A DNA stretch of 63,067 bases, filler included, from Rhabdomonas costata (GCA_019059605.1; 45 parts of 45 records of this genome joined end to end with filler, not necessarily neighbours in it), one strand, 5' to 3'. Positions 10,700 to 24,838 are shown, counted from the whole stretch's first letter. Notes: a model not told the origin generated them from the sequence alone. Numbers and translations are program-made.

Positions 10700-13600
10700 C
10701 TGTAAAGAGAGCATGTGTGAGACAAGGATCAAAGGCAGGTAAACACAGGCAAGAGCAAAAGAACCGGCGTCATTTGGACTTTTACGTTGCAGATGCAACG
10801 AATGCGAAATCTACCTACATCTCGATCGATGCATTGGACGGTAGGGCCTGGGGTGGCAATGGTTACCAGTGGTAATATATTTTCCTGTCCGCAACACATT
10901 AAGAAGTCATTAAAGCCCCCCCCCAAGGCCATCCACCCGCTCCTTCCAAAAAAAACTGCTCTATGTTCTATGTGTGTCGTGTTCTATGTTTGTATAGCGG
11001 GCGGGCAGGTCTTCAAAAACAGGTCAGCGACGGAGCTTCGGCCAGCAGACACTGAACCAGACTTTCTGAAACGGAAACGGAAAGGTTAACTGTCGCTGCA
11101 AACCGAGTAGGTGAGCGGGGCGTAGTAATCAGAGNNNNNNNNNNNNNNNNNNNNNNNNNNNNNNNNNNNNNNNNNNNNTTAATTAATTAANNNNNNNNNN
11201 NNNNNNNNNNNNNNNNNNNNNNNNNNNNNNNNNNTGTGGGGTTGCATGGGGAATCCTTCACGTGCAGGTGCTGGCCCTCCACCACCCCAGGAATATTGGC
11301 CAGCACCTGCACGTGAAGGATTCCCCATGCAACCACCAACAGTCCAGGCAAGAGCCGCACAAACCGAGGAAGGGGCATCAGCACGGCAGACAGCCCGGCA
11401 CCCAGCCAAAGAAGGTTGACGGCACACGGGGTTTTGAGGCTAACCAGCAGGAAAGGCATGGCCAGCACCCGCGGCCGCTGAGGCTGGGTTAGCCACCGCA
11501 TATACCCGGGCAGTGGCCATCGGATAGTAGGTTCGCACCGAGGTGCTGGGTCCTCTGGCCCTCCAGGGGCGACTTGAGGAGGGCTGACAGGCCCAAGCTC
11601 GCCAGAAGGTGTCTTTCTTGGGCTGAGGTGAGGGGAAGGGAGCCCCAGGCTGATCAACGAGCGGGCAGACCGGCCTGTCAGTTGGGTGTGCAGGAAGATG
11701 TACAGGCTGAGCTGCAGCGCAACCAGAACAAGGACATGAAAGGCGGCCTCCGGTCTGCCTTCCCCCGGGTCCAAGCCCAGCAGAAGCTGCAGCACCCCTC
11801 CGGTGCCAACCATGTAGGACGAAGGGCAGAAAGTGTACCACATGCCACTTCGCAATCAGCAGGGCAAGTGTCGGCGCACCGACCCGCGAAGCTTGAAACA
11901 TAACTTCTGAGGGCGCAGAATAGTGGGAGGCCCAGGCGACATTGTACACCGCGGCGATCAGCAGCAGAGGCTGTGTGAGAAGGGAGGGGAAGGCAAAGGA
12001 TTGACCGCACAAAGGCTGGCGCACAGCCCGGGCACAGCGGAGCCCCCCTTCACAGGGCTCAAAGTGGGGACCGAGGGAACCACTGGCGAGCGCACGGAAG
12101 TCCGCCGTCCGTCCGTCAGCAGAGCGGTCAGGCTAACCGCCACCACGGCAGCTTGGAAGGCGCCGTGGAGGGGGGCAGTAGCCCTAAGAGTGAGCCCAAT
12201 AGTAACAGAATGTATGGGAACAGAAGGTTCTGCAAAGACATTCCAGCAAAGACGCGCTGTGCAGAAAACAGCAGGACAGAAGGCAAGGCCCGCACTGCAC
12301 AGCGGGGCAGAGAGAGGAAAGCAGGATCAAGTGCCGAGAGCCTCCGCCTCACAAAAAGGCACACTTTGTGTAACTTACACAGACATACCCAAACACACAC
12401 AAACATGCACGCTGAAAGAAAATGCAACGACGAAACTTCACGGGCAGCTGCAAACAACCCGTGCTCGAGGAAGGGACGCACTCCAAACGCCGCAATTTGC
12501 GAAGCGTGGTCCTCCAACACGGCTCCCAGGGCNNNNNNNNNNNNNNNNNNNNNNNNNNNNNNNNNNNNNNNNNNNNTTAATTAATTAANNNNNNNNNNNN
12601 NNNNNNNNNNNNNNNNNNNNNNNNNNNNNNNNGACATCGCTATCCCAGGGGTGGATCTCTGTCATGTGTGTGCGTCGGTTGGACCGCCCTGATGTGTCAG
12701 GTAGGATCCAAATGCCAAATGAATGTTTTTCAATATGTACGTGTGTACGTGCGTATTTATGTGCAGTTCACCTGTTCATGGCCCTGATCTGCGGTTATGG
12801 AAGGCCACCAATGGCATCGCTCGGTCCCAGCCGCTCCGCTCAGTGGGACGGGGGCTCCAACAGCACAGGAGTACAACTCCGCTTGTCAGAAATACCACAA
12901 AACAGCGAGAAGAACAAAAAGAACGCTCGTAGCTGAGCACAGCAGGGAATCCAACTGGAGCAATCCCCAAAGATCCCGAGACGATGCAAGAGAGCTGCCA
13001 AGATGCGTGAAGGCTGCTCTTCGAAGCTGTATGCTGTCCGGGGGGGGGGGAGAAAACCATCGTTATTGCAACGTGTCATCCCTTCCCAAGTCGTAAATGT
13101 GACATTCGTATTACACCTGCATTCATCGTTTGGGAAGAGGCCCTTTCTTTCCCATAGTCAAACATGGATAAATGGGTTCACAACAATGCAAACGACAACA
13201 CTCAGGCATGTCAAGTCACATTTCCCACATTCCCACATGGCCACACCCATGCAACGACCAAACGCGGGCTATACAAAGCCTGCCTTACGGGGACCAAAAA
13301 CCCACGCCACGCTGCCATCTCTTTGTCTGGTTCTGCACCGGGACGGCGGGAGGTTCTTTTCCCCCCCTCAGCGTTGCACCACTTGGGGGGTGTCCTCGCC
13401 CCGAGGGAAGTAGAACTCAAAGTCCACTTCGGACAGGGCGTCCACCGAAGGCTTCGCGGAGTGCAGCGTGCGCACCGCGGCGGGCTCACGGACCCACTCA
13501 TCGCCCCAGAGCTTTGTTTTGTTTTGAGCCTCCAAACCGACCCACCCACCTACCCACATACCAAGTCATGTTCTTTCTCACTACCGCAGAAACTAATGGC

Positions 13601-13908
13601 AAGGATCGCACAGAATCGCACGCGACGCCAACGGGTCGGTTTTTCTTAACGGCATTTGAAGCGACGTAAAGTTCCATTTAACTCTGCAATTGGATCGAAA
13701 ATATGATGTGAAAATTAAGCCAGAGGCCTGGGTTACGTCTCTGCTGCATCAAATTCCAGGGGACACGTGCATCGCCACCAAACTCCTTGCATTGGAATGC
13801 CCAGCGTCTATCACTCCTCTGACGGGTCTCAGACAACGTTAGCGGTCTAACATCTGTCTGACGGGCTCCACCTGCCTCCCCACTGTCACTGTGAGACCCC
13901 CAGAAATC

Positions 13909-13937
13909 TAGAGAGAGAGAGAGAGAGAGAGAGAGAG
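13909..13937. repeat. (GA)n microsatellite at contig end
   Basis: Seen directly in the sequence. Confidence 0.95.
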
Positions 13938-14037
13938 NNNNNNNNNNNNNNNNNNNNNNNNNNNNNNNNNNNNNNNNNNNNTTAATTAATTAANNNNNNN
14001 NNNNNNNNNNNNNNNNNNNNNNNNNNNNNNNNNNNNN

Positions 14038-14932
14038 TGTGGTGTGTTCTGGGCGTGCTTCTTCTGGGGCGCGGGTACCGCGGTGGGGGAGATCCCGCCG
14101 TTCCTCTTTTCTCGGGCGGCCGCCCTTGCAGAGAGGCGCGGCGAGGGTTCGGATGCCCAGGACGGGGACACTGACTCGTCCGCGGTGAAGGCCATGAAGC
14201 TCTGGATGGTCAATTGCCTGGAGGTTTGAGCGCAATTATCTCAATTGCAGCTTCCTTTTTCATTTGCGTTGCTATGTGTATGCACGTCAGTCATCTTTAT
14301 CGCTGCGTGCCATCGCATCCGAGGCGGTCCTTTCTGTTAATTCTCTTCTTTTTTTTCTTGCTCATTTCACCATTGTGCCGTTGCGTGTAGTGAAGTTGTG
14401 AGGTGGTTAATGCGTTTACAAGTCAGGCGGATACGTTTTCTGTTCTCGTTTTCCACAGAGGTACGGGTTCTGGGCGGTGCTGCTGTTCTCGGCATACCCC
14501 AACATGGCCTTTGACATGTGCGGAATGGCGTGTGGGCACTTTCTGATGCCCTTCTGGACTTTCTTCGGCGCGACCTTTCTGGGCAAGGCTCTGATCAAGG
14601 TAAGCGGTCAAGCCACCCTAATCATCTTGGTGTTCCACATGGACTACCTCGCCATGGTGCTCTCCAAGATCGAGCGGCTCAGCCCTCGTCTGGCGGCCGT
14701 GCTGCAGAAGGTGGTGGAGACCCAGAAGCAGACCGTGCTCTCAGGCCCCTCCATTGAGGCGGCCGAGGTCGCTGGGCGAAAGGCCAGGCTGGCCAGCTTG
14801 GTGGGTCGGGGGTGGAACTTCGTGGTGGGGTTGTTCCTGCTACACTTCGTGGTGGGCATGGTGGAGGCCCTGGCGCAGCAGCAGCAGGACGCCGAGGAAG
14901 AGGAGGAGAAGGCCGAGGAGAGGTGTGATTGA
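14038..14932 (+). CDS. VMP1: Vacuole membrane protein 1 (VMP1/TMEM49, VTT domain), 3' part; exons <14038-14223 and 14459-14932
   Basis: FFWGAGTAVGEIPPF; GT-AG intron 14224-14458 joins MVNCLE|RYGFWAVLLFSAYPNMAFDMCGMACGHFLMPFWTFFGATFLGKALIK, the conserved VMP1 motifs. Confidence 0.92.
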
Positions 14933-17900
14933 GCAAGAAAAGAAATCGAATTAAGTTCAGAAAGTGTAGTGTTTCGATGACATCAGGAAAACAAAAATTA
15001 AGAATACTAAAGTTCGTTAAACCGCAAACTCAGAACAGCACCAGAATGCTTGGGTGGGTTTAAACCCTATCTTTACGACCGTTCTCCACAAACAGCCGTT
15101 GCAGAATTCGCAAGAATTCGCAAGAATTCGCTTCAAAAGTTCAATACATGAACGGATTCACCGGGAAAAAAATCGCGCCTTCGGCGCATATCTAACCGCT
15201 TTTTGGGCGCACCACCACGAAAAATTTCCGGGTTCATCACATAACATGTCCCCAGACAAGGGCATTTCTATCGGCCAAAAATACTTGGAATGAGAGCTGG
15301 TGTTTCCTTCATTGCATTTCAGAAAATGATTACAACACACANNNNNNNNNNNNNNNNNNNNNNNNNNNNNNNNNNNNNNNNNNNNTTAATTAATTAANNN
15401 NNNNNNNNNNNNNNNNNNNNNNNNNNNNNNNNNNNNNNNNNCGATGATGCGTTATGATGTCCAGTGAATTGAATTTGAAACCGCTCTAATGAAACTGAGG
15501 TTGTGGCCACCATTATGGAATTTACGGGACAACTGGCATGGTCGCTGGGAGCACCAATAACGACATTTAAGGGACGGAGGCACAACACACCAAATGGAAG
15601 TGCCGCAGGTTTTTGCTGTTCATTCGGTTCGGATCGGTTCAGTCCAGACCAAATTTCTGAGCTGTTCGATTGTTTTCGTTTCGTTCCTCAACAAGCTGAA
15701 CACTGGCCCCTGGCTCTGAGAATTGTGTGAGTTTGGTGGGCTGCAGGCCCCCGTTCGGTAGGGATGGGTCTTTTGTAAAAGTTATGGGTGCTGTCTTTAA
15801 CCCTCCGCTGAGTGGGGCATCAGTGGCGCAAAAGGGATACCAAAGAGCCGCCAAGGGGCACGACAACCGGCCGAGGGGATCAGAAATCGCTTGGATCGGC
15901 CACGCAGCGTTTCGGGAGCCCTCATCCTTTGCCCTATATATATAGCCCTATGGGCTTTTTAGAAGCTGCTTCAGAGAAATAATACGCGAATTCCTCCGTC
16001 CGCTATCCATCCTCTGCGCTGCTCCTGCGCGCAGTTTCCGCAAGGGGGAGGCCCTCCAGGACCCCCTCCGCCCTCTGGAGGGGGCGGGGGTTCCCGTGGG
16101 ACTCCGCTGCGGCTGCAGTCCCACCCTGGCTTTCCAGCCGCTCCACCGCCTTACTGAGCGGGATCGCCAGGATCTGCGGAGGGAAACAAGGGTGGGGGTG
16201 CCCTTCACTCACCTGGATTGGTTGTTTTGGGTGCATTTTCGTCACTTGAAGTTGAAGCAGTTTGGGATTGACTGTTTTGCAGCTGTGACAGTGACTTGCT
16301 GAGACCAGTTTGCCTTATCCGCGTTTCCTGGTACGGCGCAGACAAGAATAAAGGTTGCTTTTGCATTGGACTGAGATTTCGGGTAGCCATTGCCATGCCC
16401 TCCTCTGTTAATTCACCAAGGCACCCCTCTCCTCCCGGTCGTCTGGTCATGATAACAACGAATTCAAAAATCGGGAAGGACATAGAAGGCCACGCGAACC
16501 CGCATTTGGAGATTGGTTGTGTTTTATCCTTTTCTCGCAGAGAAATCTGGCTCAGGCGATTGTGAGAAGGTGAATGGCTTCGGAATTTCTAAAGAGTTCC
16601 TGAATTTCAGGCGATCATTCTGTGGAGTGCCCGTTCGTGTGTTTTACCACAACCTACCACTCCATTTAGAAGCGTCATAATCATAATCCATGGGAGGGAC
16701 GGTGGCTAAGCTCCAATGAGATTTGGCGGTGTGGAAACACACCACNNNNNNNNNNNNNNNNNNNNNNNNNNNNNNNNNNNNNNNNNNNNTTAATTAATTA
16801 ANNNNNNNNNNNNNNNNNNNNNNNNNNNNNNNNNNNNNNNNNNNNGTGGTTGGGGTATTCTTGGGAATGTCTTGTTTATTGTCATTCGGTTGCGCCTTCT
16901 TGTGCACAACTATTCAAGTTTACACAGCAGCAGCACGTCTTCTTTGACACCATCGTTTCAAATGCGATTTAGAGGTTGCACCTCTGCCGAGAGGTCTTCA
17001 AGGCCCTGGCACCTGGGCTTGGGGCCTCCGCAATGGCCCTCCTGACGGAGCTTCAGAGATGCCCCGTGGAACCCCCTTCGCCTCGCCGTTCCACCAGCTC
17101 TGCCGTTCCCGTCGCCCTGCTTCAAGTTTCCCAAACCCACAACCGAATTCTGGCTCCACCCATCCACCTCACCCTTCCCAATCCCAATGTCGCAGTGCTG
17201 CCCCGCAAGGTCTGCTTTGTTGCCGGGGTGGGGAGGCTGCGTGCCATGTCAGCTGCATCGGCCGTAGGTTCCCAAGACCACATCTTTGGAGATTCCCCGC
17301 CACCTGATATTCTGGCCCCAAGCCTACGGCTGCATTTCGGCAGCTCGGCCTGATGCGTCCTGAGCCGTGACGCACAGGAGGTCCGTTCTGCAGAGCGGAT
17401 GAGTTTATGTGGTTATGTTTTGGATTGGGCGTTCCTCTGCGAGCCCACAATGCTCCCCCGAATGCTCAGGCATTATTAGGGATGAACCTAAGAGTTCGAC
17501 GTTGCTGCATTCCTCAGCCCAACTCCCTTTGCAAACCTCGTTGAACGTGAAATTTGATGAAGTGTTTAAACGACCCAGTCCGGAGTCCAGGGTTTGTTTC
17601 AGAAACATTGGTGTTAGATTCTGATAGTATAGCGGATTTCTTTTACGAGTGTTCAATTGTACACTGCAACGTGTTCGCAATTTGGAGACTTCCTTCATGC
17701 TCTTGATGCTGAAGCTCTCAGTGTAATCGCCAGCAATACAGGAGAAACAGTTGTTGTTCCGCCTAGTCAGACAAGCTTGCAAGAAGACCGCATGAGTTTT
17801 TTCATTGCAGGAGACTGAGCGCGTTGTTCAATAACGCTGGTGAAACTGTGCGTGTACATTCTTCTCAGGGGCGAGGAGAGGAAGTTGATGTCCTTCCTCC

Positions 17901-19814
17901 TTTGCTCACATGACCATCGGCGCACTTCAGGAAATCCTGTTTGTGCTGTACATGGCACGGCATCTTCCTCCTTCTCCTACCCACGAACCTGACCGCAGGA
18001 GCTGCAGGCAGCGTCTTTCTCGTCACTGTTCGATTTATGCAGAAGGGGATGGGCTCTTTTTGTTGGCTTTTGTTTTTGATCAACACTTGGTCTCCCCCCC
18101 GCCTGCCACCTTTCTGTGCATTTAATTCATTTTCTTTTGAGATGCGTGTNNNNNNNNNNNNNNNNNNNNNNNNNNNNNNNNNNNNNNNNNNNNTTAATTA
18201 ATTAANNNNNNNNNNNNNNNNNNNNNNNNNNNNNNNNNNNNNNNNNNNNTCTGCTCTGCCCTCTGTCATCACCCGACATTTATGGGGGCGGGTGGGTGTA
18301 CGCAGCACTGGTGGCCCAGGTGGAGCTGATCGCGAAGCTGGTGTTCTTCGCGGCCGACTCCCCGAGGGAGGTCCATACCTTGAAAGCAGCAGGTCTGTGT
18401 GACGCACCAAGCAGTTCAAGTTAGTAAGGGAGATCATTTAGGTACTAAGACCCAAAACAACTGCGACTTATATTCTAAATGCCAAGAATATGTGTTACTG
18501 AATTGGCAGAAACAAGTGAAACTGGGACAATTGTGGATGTTAGCCAATATCGATTGCACTCATTTTTGGGATCGGAGTTGGGGTTAGGGTCTGGTGATCG
18601 TTAATTGGGTTTTGGCTGATGGCAACACTCATCTTACCCCGTTTCCCCCCTTTTTTTTCTTCTCCTTCCGCACTTTTGTTAGACGTGGGGACTCACGTTT
18701 TTTTGAATTTGGGTGAGTGGGATTTGTGGGAGCTGACCACACGGGGTGGAGGCGACGCGGCATCCCCTTTCAGCACTGCGGACCCTTCGGGCGATGATTG
18801 TGTGCTTCCGGGAGGCCCTTGACCCGGCAATGTCCACTGAGGAGATGCCCTTACCCTTGCTCTCGATTTACAAGGCTCAGGTGTGGTCCTGTTCTTCTAT
18901 AATAAGAAAGAGACTGAAAGTTCCATGTGTTGGGCAATTGGGTGTTGGTGCGGTTGGCTGGAAATCCCAGTGTAAGCTTTCCCCAGGCAGGGGAAGGTTG
19001 AATTCGAGGATCTCATTAAGTCAATCATCAAATCGATAAAACAGCACGGACCCTCAAAGGTTGCCCCAAAGTTCCTCTGCGTCCAGGTTTGAGCAAAGGG
19101 CAGAGAAACAGGCGTGTCGAGGACAGCGCGAGTAGATTAGCGAGGCACCCCACAGCCGAAGCTCCCACGGGAGTGAAGGCGTTGTTCGCCAATCTTAGGA
19201 CGAAAGCGAGGTCGCTGACAAGGCGTCGTGCGCCTGATGTGGGAATATTCTCTTCCCCCCACCGAGTGTTTTTTTCTGTGAAACAGGACAGTGCAGTGGT
19301 CATAGCCATAGTCCCCCCTGCAGTTTATGTTCTTTGTATCTTGTTTTATAGGGACAGGTGAAAAAAACAAACCTCCACTCACACTAATTAGGGATTGGGC
19401 AGCTCCCCTTCCATTATCAGCTTAATTGGGTTAGAGTCGCTCCCTTATCAAGGCTAATTGTAATCAATTAGTGGACCACCTCAGCCAGGAGGGACCGTTT
19501 CCCTCACCCCTGAGCTTCTCGCTCAGATCATCGCGCAAGCAACGGCCGCTCCNNNNNNNNNNNNNNNNNNNNNNNNNNNNNNNNNNNNNNNNNNNNTTAA
19601 TTAATTAANNNNNNNNNNNNNNNNNNNNNNNNNNNNNNNNNNNNNNNNNNNNGGGGTGGTTGTGATCCTGCGCAGTTTCCGAGGTGATCCCTGCCCAGGG
19701 AGCCAGAAAACAACATGGTGGGAAGCCACTGCGAATGAGGTCATCTGATATTACAGAGCACGACAGCGTGTCCGCAAGATGATAGTTATACATGATAGTC
19801 AGTCGCTAGGAACG

Positions 19815-20102
19815 CTAGGAACCCTTGAACCACGAAGGGGACTTTGCAGGTTGCATCTTGGGGGACGGGCTTGGGCCCCCCTTCGTAGCGGGCCCCGTGG
19901 AGGAGGAGGGTGGAGTGTCCAGAGATCTTCGCGGGGAGGGAGTCATGGGTGCGGCGGAATTGGCTGCCAAGTTGACCGATCGCAGCAACGCGGACTTGGT
20001 GACCTCGAGCTCAAACTCCACCTCGGCACACTTCCGCTTCTGCTCTGCCAGCTGACGGTAGAGCCAGTCCACCTCCTCTTGAAGAGCGGTTATCCTGGCA
20101 TC
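19815..20102 (-). CDS. Terminal exon: coiled-coil followed by an S/P-rich tail
   Basis: Pyrimidine tract + CAG; DARITALQEEVDWLYRQLAEQKRKCAEVEFELEVTK...SWFKGS*. Confidence 0.55.
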   Translation of the reverse strand, partial: DARITALQEEVDWLYRQLAEQKRKCAEVEFELEVTKSALLRSVNLAANSAAPMTPSPRRSLDTPPSSSTGPATKGGPSPSPKMQPAKSPSWFKGS

Positions 20103-21673
20103 CTGGGCGTGGAGCCAGGAAACAAAGAGAAAAACTGGCCAGGGTGGAGGACGAGTGCGAGGTTTCCATACGATTATTGATGGGCTCACACACGCAATGT
20201 TTATCGCTCATTGGGGCCCCTCCGTTTTCACAGAATTTCTCACATTGCATCATGGACATTTCATGCGGGGGTGATGTTCTCTCAGGAAAGGTGCATGTAT
20301 GCGTCCAAAAAAAAAAGTCGATAGAACATGCACAGACGCGTTCCCTTGCAGTACGAGAGTCAAGCATGACGGAGTTCCGCTGAAAAATGTCGTAAGCGAG
20401 AAAAGCAACCTTTTAAATGAAAGTGACTGCACAACCGAACAGAGCCTTTGCAGTTCCAAGACACAGTTTGCACACCGAAGATGGGGTTTCAGTATCCAGA
20501 GAGCCCGACGGAAAGCTGCCTTGCCGATCACAGGGAGAAAGGTGGCCAAGAGTGGGGTTTGCAGGCGGCTCCTGAGCCGCTGTCGAAGAGCTAAGGGTGG
20601 ATACGGTGAGCGCAGAGGCGAGCGAAGCCAGGCTCGTCGAACCTGCGAACGGTGTGGATTGGAATGCTACAATCGGGTTTCCAAGAAGCGGTCAGCAGCC
20701 GACCCTAGTGAGTGACAAAACCTGGAACCCTGCACTCCATCTATCCAGCACTACTCACTGTCTCCCAACTGCAACCATATTACCCATTATCTCAGAAGAG
20801 GGTTGCGCATACCTCAAAGTTCAATGTGGCCCCAAAAGCTCAATTCAACGTAACCCAGGTCAAGGTCAATTTTTCTTTGGGTTCAATTCAAGCCAAAGCC
20901 TCAAAAGGCCCAAAGATCAACGTGGAACACTTCAGAGTTCTCACCGACAAACAACCNNNNNNNNNNNNNNNNNNNNNNNNNNNNNNNNNNNNNNNNNNNN
21001 TTAATTAATTAANNNNNNNNNNNNNNNNNNNNNNNNNNNNNNNNNNNNNNNNNNNNCTTGGGGCTTTTCTTTCGGATGGGTAAACGGGCAGCACCGGTAT
21101 CTGCAGGCGTCGCCGTGCCAGCACTTCGCTCTGGTTGTGTGTGTATGTGTGAATGAAATTTGTGTGTGCGTGCGTGTGCCGCTTGCTGGCTGTTACTGAC
21201 TGGTGGTGACCCGCCAACTCGAATGATGGCGAACGCATCGTTCGCCACGGGTGCTTGAGGGAGATGCTGTGGGGTGTATCTCTCCTTTGCCGTTTGTTTG
21301 ATCTTTGGCACTGGTGAGTTAAAACCGAAGCATTCTGTCTGCAACTGTTTTTCTGGTTTTCGTCATTTGGCGGACGAGTGGAACGGTTCCAACCGCAACA
21401 GTTCCCAGTGCCGTGACTTTCGAAAAGTGAAACCATTTTGGGGAGGAGGCGTAACCACGTCTGGCACCTGAGATACATCCTTTGAGTGCAGATTTGCTTT
21501 GCTGAAGACGTCCCCATTGCTTTCTGGTCTGGCCACATGGATGCCCGCATTGTGGCGTAAACTCGAGGGCAAAACACCACAGAAGACAGAAGACCACGCC
21601 ATCCGAACGATGAGTGAAAAAAATGCAAAGGTATGGGGCAACCAAAACAAGATTCGTGGGCTCCATAATATAC

Positions 21674-22360
21674 CGTCAGGATGGACATGGAAGTGCTGTA
21701 CTGGTCGTTAAAGGAGTAAAGCAGGGTTAGGTTGGCCACGGTCGCAATGGTGGCGAGGGAGAGCGCCTCCATATTCTGCAGAAAAAAGGGGAGGACGAAA
21801 TCACAGTTAGCGATTACCTTTTTGTCACACATACCTGTTCTCTGTCTCTGCTCAGCCCTCCTTTCATTCACATCTTTGTGTGGCGCACCACCTACCGATT
21901 TGATACCGATACGATTCTCATCTTGGTATCCTCTCGAACGGTTGGTTAGTCGTGTGGGAGGTGTCTCGAAACGTCCCTTTGGGTATGGAGACAACTGGGG
22001 TTTGGTGGGAAAGCGCAGAAATGCGAGGGGTCATCCATTATCACAAAGCCGTCTACGGAGTGATTGCAAAGTAATAACTGCAATCCTTCTGCTTTATATT
22101 CTCTGCAAGCAACGTATGTGTGCGTCTGAAGTCTGTCAGGAGTGTGGTATGTGAACGCGCGGTGTGGGTGTCTGGGGTGTGCGTGCCAGCAGGAGACCTG
22201 CAGAACTTCGTACTGGTAGGGCCTGACCCAGAAGTGAACAAACAGAAACAAGCTGATGGTCCACATGAAAAAGTAGGTCTGCAGCTGCGTGTCAGTGACG
22301 TACATGATGATGTACACCACAATCACCTTTCGCAGCATCGCCATGATTTCCCACAAAACC
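21674..22360 (-). CDS. Multi-pass membrane protein C-terminal region (protist TRP-C/7TM-like); exons 22360-22198 and 21775-21674
   Basis: WEIMAMLRKVIVV...FVHFWVRPYQYEVLQ|NMEALSLATIATVANL; the WE..RK / RPY...N.E pattern; phase-0 GT-AG intron 22197-21776. Confidence 0.7.
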
Positions 22361-22460
22361 NNNNNNNNNNNNNNNNNNNNNNNNNNNNNNNNNNNNNNNN
22401 NNNNTTAATTAATTAANNNNNNNNNNNNNNNNNNNNNNNNNNNNNNNNNNNNNNNNNNNN

Positions 22461-23464
22461 GTGGGGGGGGGGGTGGCCAGACGCAGAGGCGAAGCCACCA
22501 CGAGTCCGCTGCGTCCGCATCATGGAAAGCCCATGGGATCGTTCGGCAAAAGGGGCAGCAACTTTGCCGCCTTGCACAGTCCCAGCAAATCTTCTGAGGA
22601 CAGAATGAGGTTTGAATTGAAGTAACAAGGGTGAGACAGACAATGGGGGTATTGGTGGAATGCAAGAGTGACCGTACTGACTGGCAACGCGATTCACCGC
22701 ACTCGTTGGTGTCACATTCTCAGAGAATATACACTTCAACACAAAGCAGCGAGTATGCTAAAACAACGACTGTGCAGCATATGGAATTAAGCTATGGTTC
22801 ATGAATAGTTCTCAGTCCCAATACGCTTACAGGTCTTCCAGAATCTTGAACCGTGAATGAATAGTTTAAAGTGAAAGACAGGAGCAGGAGTAATGACAAT
22901 TGCCAATGTACATCCCAAATAGTGGCTCATCACACTTACCCGATACGTTGATGTGACTAGAACATGTTTGCTTCTGGCAGATTGTATGGTCCCTGACAAA
23001 ACGTGGCGTTCCGCTCTCAGGACCATATGCAACAAGGCTTTGTGTCTATGCCACTCGACGGCCATGCGTCCACGACAATGTGTAATGTTTTTATTGGGGA
23101 AATGCACAGCTAGCTTTCAAACCTGCCTGCAGCATTTCGACCGGGCGGCTCCTGAAAACCCCTCAAAGCAGATCGGGCACTCCTCCGCCTCTGCGGCACG
23201 CGCGTCCGCGATGTCATGCACCGTCCGGAAGTGCAAGTCCATCGCACTCGCGGACCGCCCGCACTCCACCCCACACAAGGGGCACCGCGGGGGGCCCTCC
23301 TCCATGCACAGGTTCACATGGCCTCGGATCTCGTCTCTGTGGAAGCGTTGCGAGCACAGGGGACAGGCCACGGTCACCTGGCTCTGCAGGCAGCTGTCGA
23401 GGTGGCGATGCAACTCAGGGGAGGGAAACTCGACCCCGCAGCAGGGACAGGCATGAAGCGCGGA
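22461..23464 (-). CDS. Zinc-finger protein: two UBZ-like fingers, one C2H2-like finger and a RING finger (probable E3 ligase); intron 23122-22594
   Basis: CPCC...HRHLDSCL, CPLC...HVNLCM, CPLC...HFRTVH; the RING is reconstituted across a GT-AG intron as CPICFEGFSGAARSKCCRQ|KICWDCARRQSCCPFCR. Confidence 0.8.
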
Positions 23465-24672
23465 GCTTCACGTACACCTACCTCCTCAACAGCTCCCCCT
23501 TGGCGATCTGGGACCTGCTGCTGGCCCGGATCACGGACTTCCCGTCATGCACGGAGGCGTACTGGGCCTACCCCTCGTTTGGATTCCTCATGGTATTGTG
23601 TTGCAAAAAGCGCTTTCAGCTTTCGGAGGGAAGGGTACACATCTTTGTAGTGGGTCACTCTGAGGTACTCTGACTTGGCTGTAGGTAGGTTTTGTCATCC
23701 CTCGGCCGTTGGGTGTGATTGTGGCCATCAGGGCCGCTTTAACGATCACCACCACCACCACCTCNNNNNNNNNNNNNNNNNNNNNNNNNNNNNNNNNNNN
23801 NNNNNNNNTTAATTAATTAANNNNNNNNNNNNNNNNNNNNNNNNNNNNNNNNNNNNNNNNNNNNGGTTGGGTGGGAAATTATCATGGTGAGGTTTTTTGC
23901 CGTGGGCGGCTTCCCTTTCCTCCACCAAGGTTTACAAGCATCTTCTCTTTGATGTGTTTGACTCTGTGCACTTCATAGGCTTTAATGCTGCGGGGAGTGG
24001 CAGATTCCTCGAGCACCTTCTTTTGCGGGGGGTTCGATTTTGGGCTCCTCCGCGAGCAACTTTTGCACCAGGAGTTCGACAAGGTCCTGCATTTTTATTT
24101 TGCCATGGGCAGTTCCTTCCGGTGAAAGGTGAAAGATCAGACTCTTGCACAATCCATTTTGGAGACATCTACTGTGAACTTTGGAGCTCGCGCTACGAGG
24201 AAAATCTTGCATGCTCAAACTTTCGAACCCACCCAAGAGTCAGTTGTCGCAATTACCGTCATCGTATGATGACCCGCGTGGTTGTTTGTCTAGGATGGGA
24301 TGCATTTCCTTACCTTTTACGCTTTTACGCTTTTACGCTCATTGTATCATGTTGTTGTTTGGAAGTGAAGCAAGGAGTAGGGCATTTTCACACTGTTGGA
24401 GTTGCTGTGTGGAGCCCTTTTCAGTTGAGGGAGTAGGAAGTACTCCAACCTAGGTACTCCAACCTCACTTTATACACTCTGTTTCCACCACAGTTGATTT
24501 TTGGAATGTGCGAGAGGGCCATTCGCCATTCCTCGATAACCCATTCTGCACGTCACATTGACCGCGAACGACACCAGTGTCCACGAGGGAAAAGGAGACC
24601 CCCCCCCGAATGTATGCTGGGGAACATGCAGTGTTGTAAGTCTGATTTGCGATGTTTGGGGTGTTCAAAAAG

Positions 24673-24838
24673 GTTGACGAGACACTGCGCTCGGGCCTGA
24701 AGGTCGTTTTCATGGTGGCTTCTTCCTCCGTGCACTACCTCACCTCCGTCAGCCTGCCCTTTTTGATGGCCATGGTCAACGGCCGTACTCACAGCTTCGG
24801 CACTGGGGTGGCGCTGTACGCCGACTTCACCTGCGCGG
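24673..24838 (+). CDS. Internal exon of an unknown protein
   Basis: AAG acceptor, high GC3 (VDETLRSGLKVVFMVASSSVHYL...), GT donor. Confidence 0.35.

Noticed and set aside
15442-15500. Box C/D snoRNA (ATGATG...CTGA)
   Set aside because: Imperfect box C, no terminal stem, at a contig edge, and the guide target cannot be verified without a search.
20540-20715. piggyBac-type cysteine-rich domain (CRR...TCERCGLEC)
   Set aside because: No transposase core upstream and the Cys spacing is not convincing.
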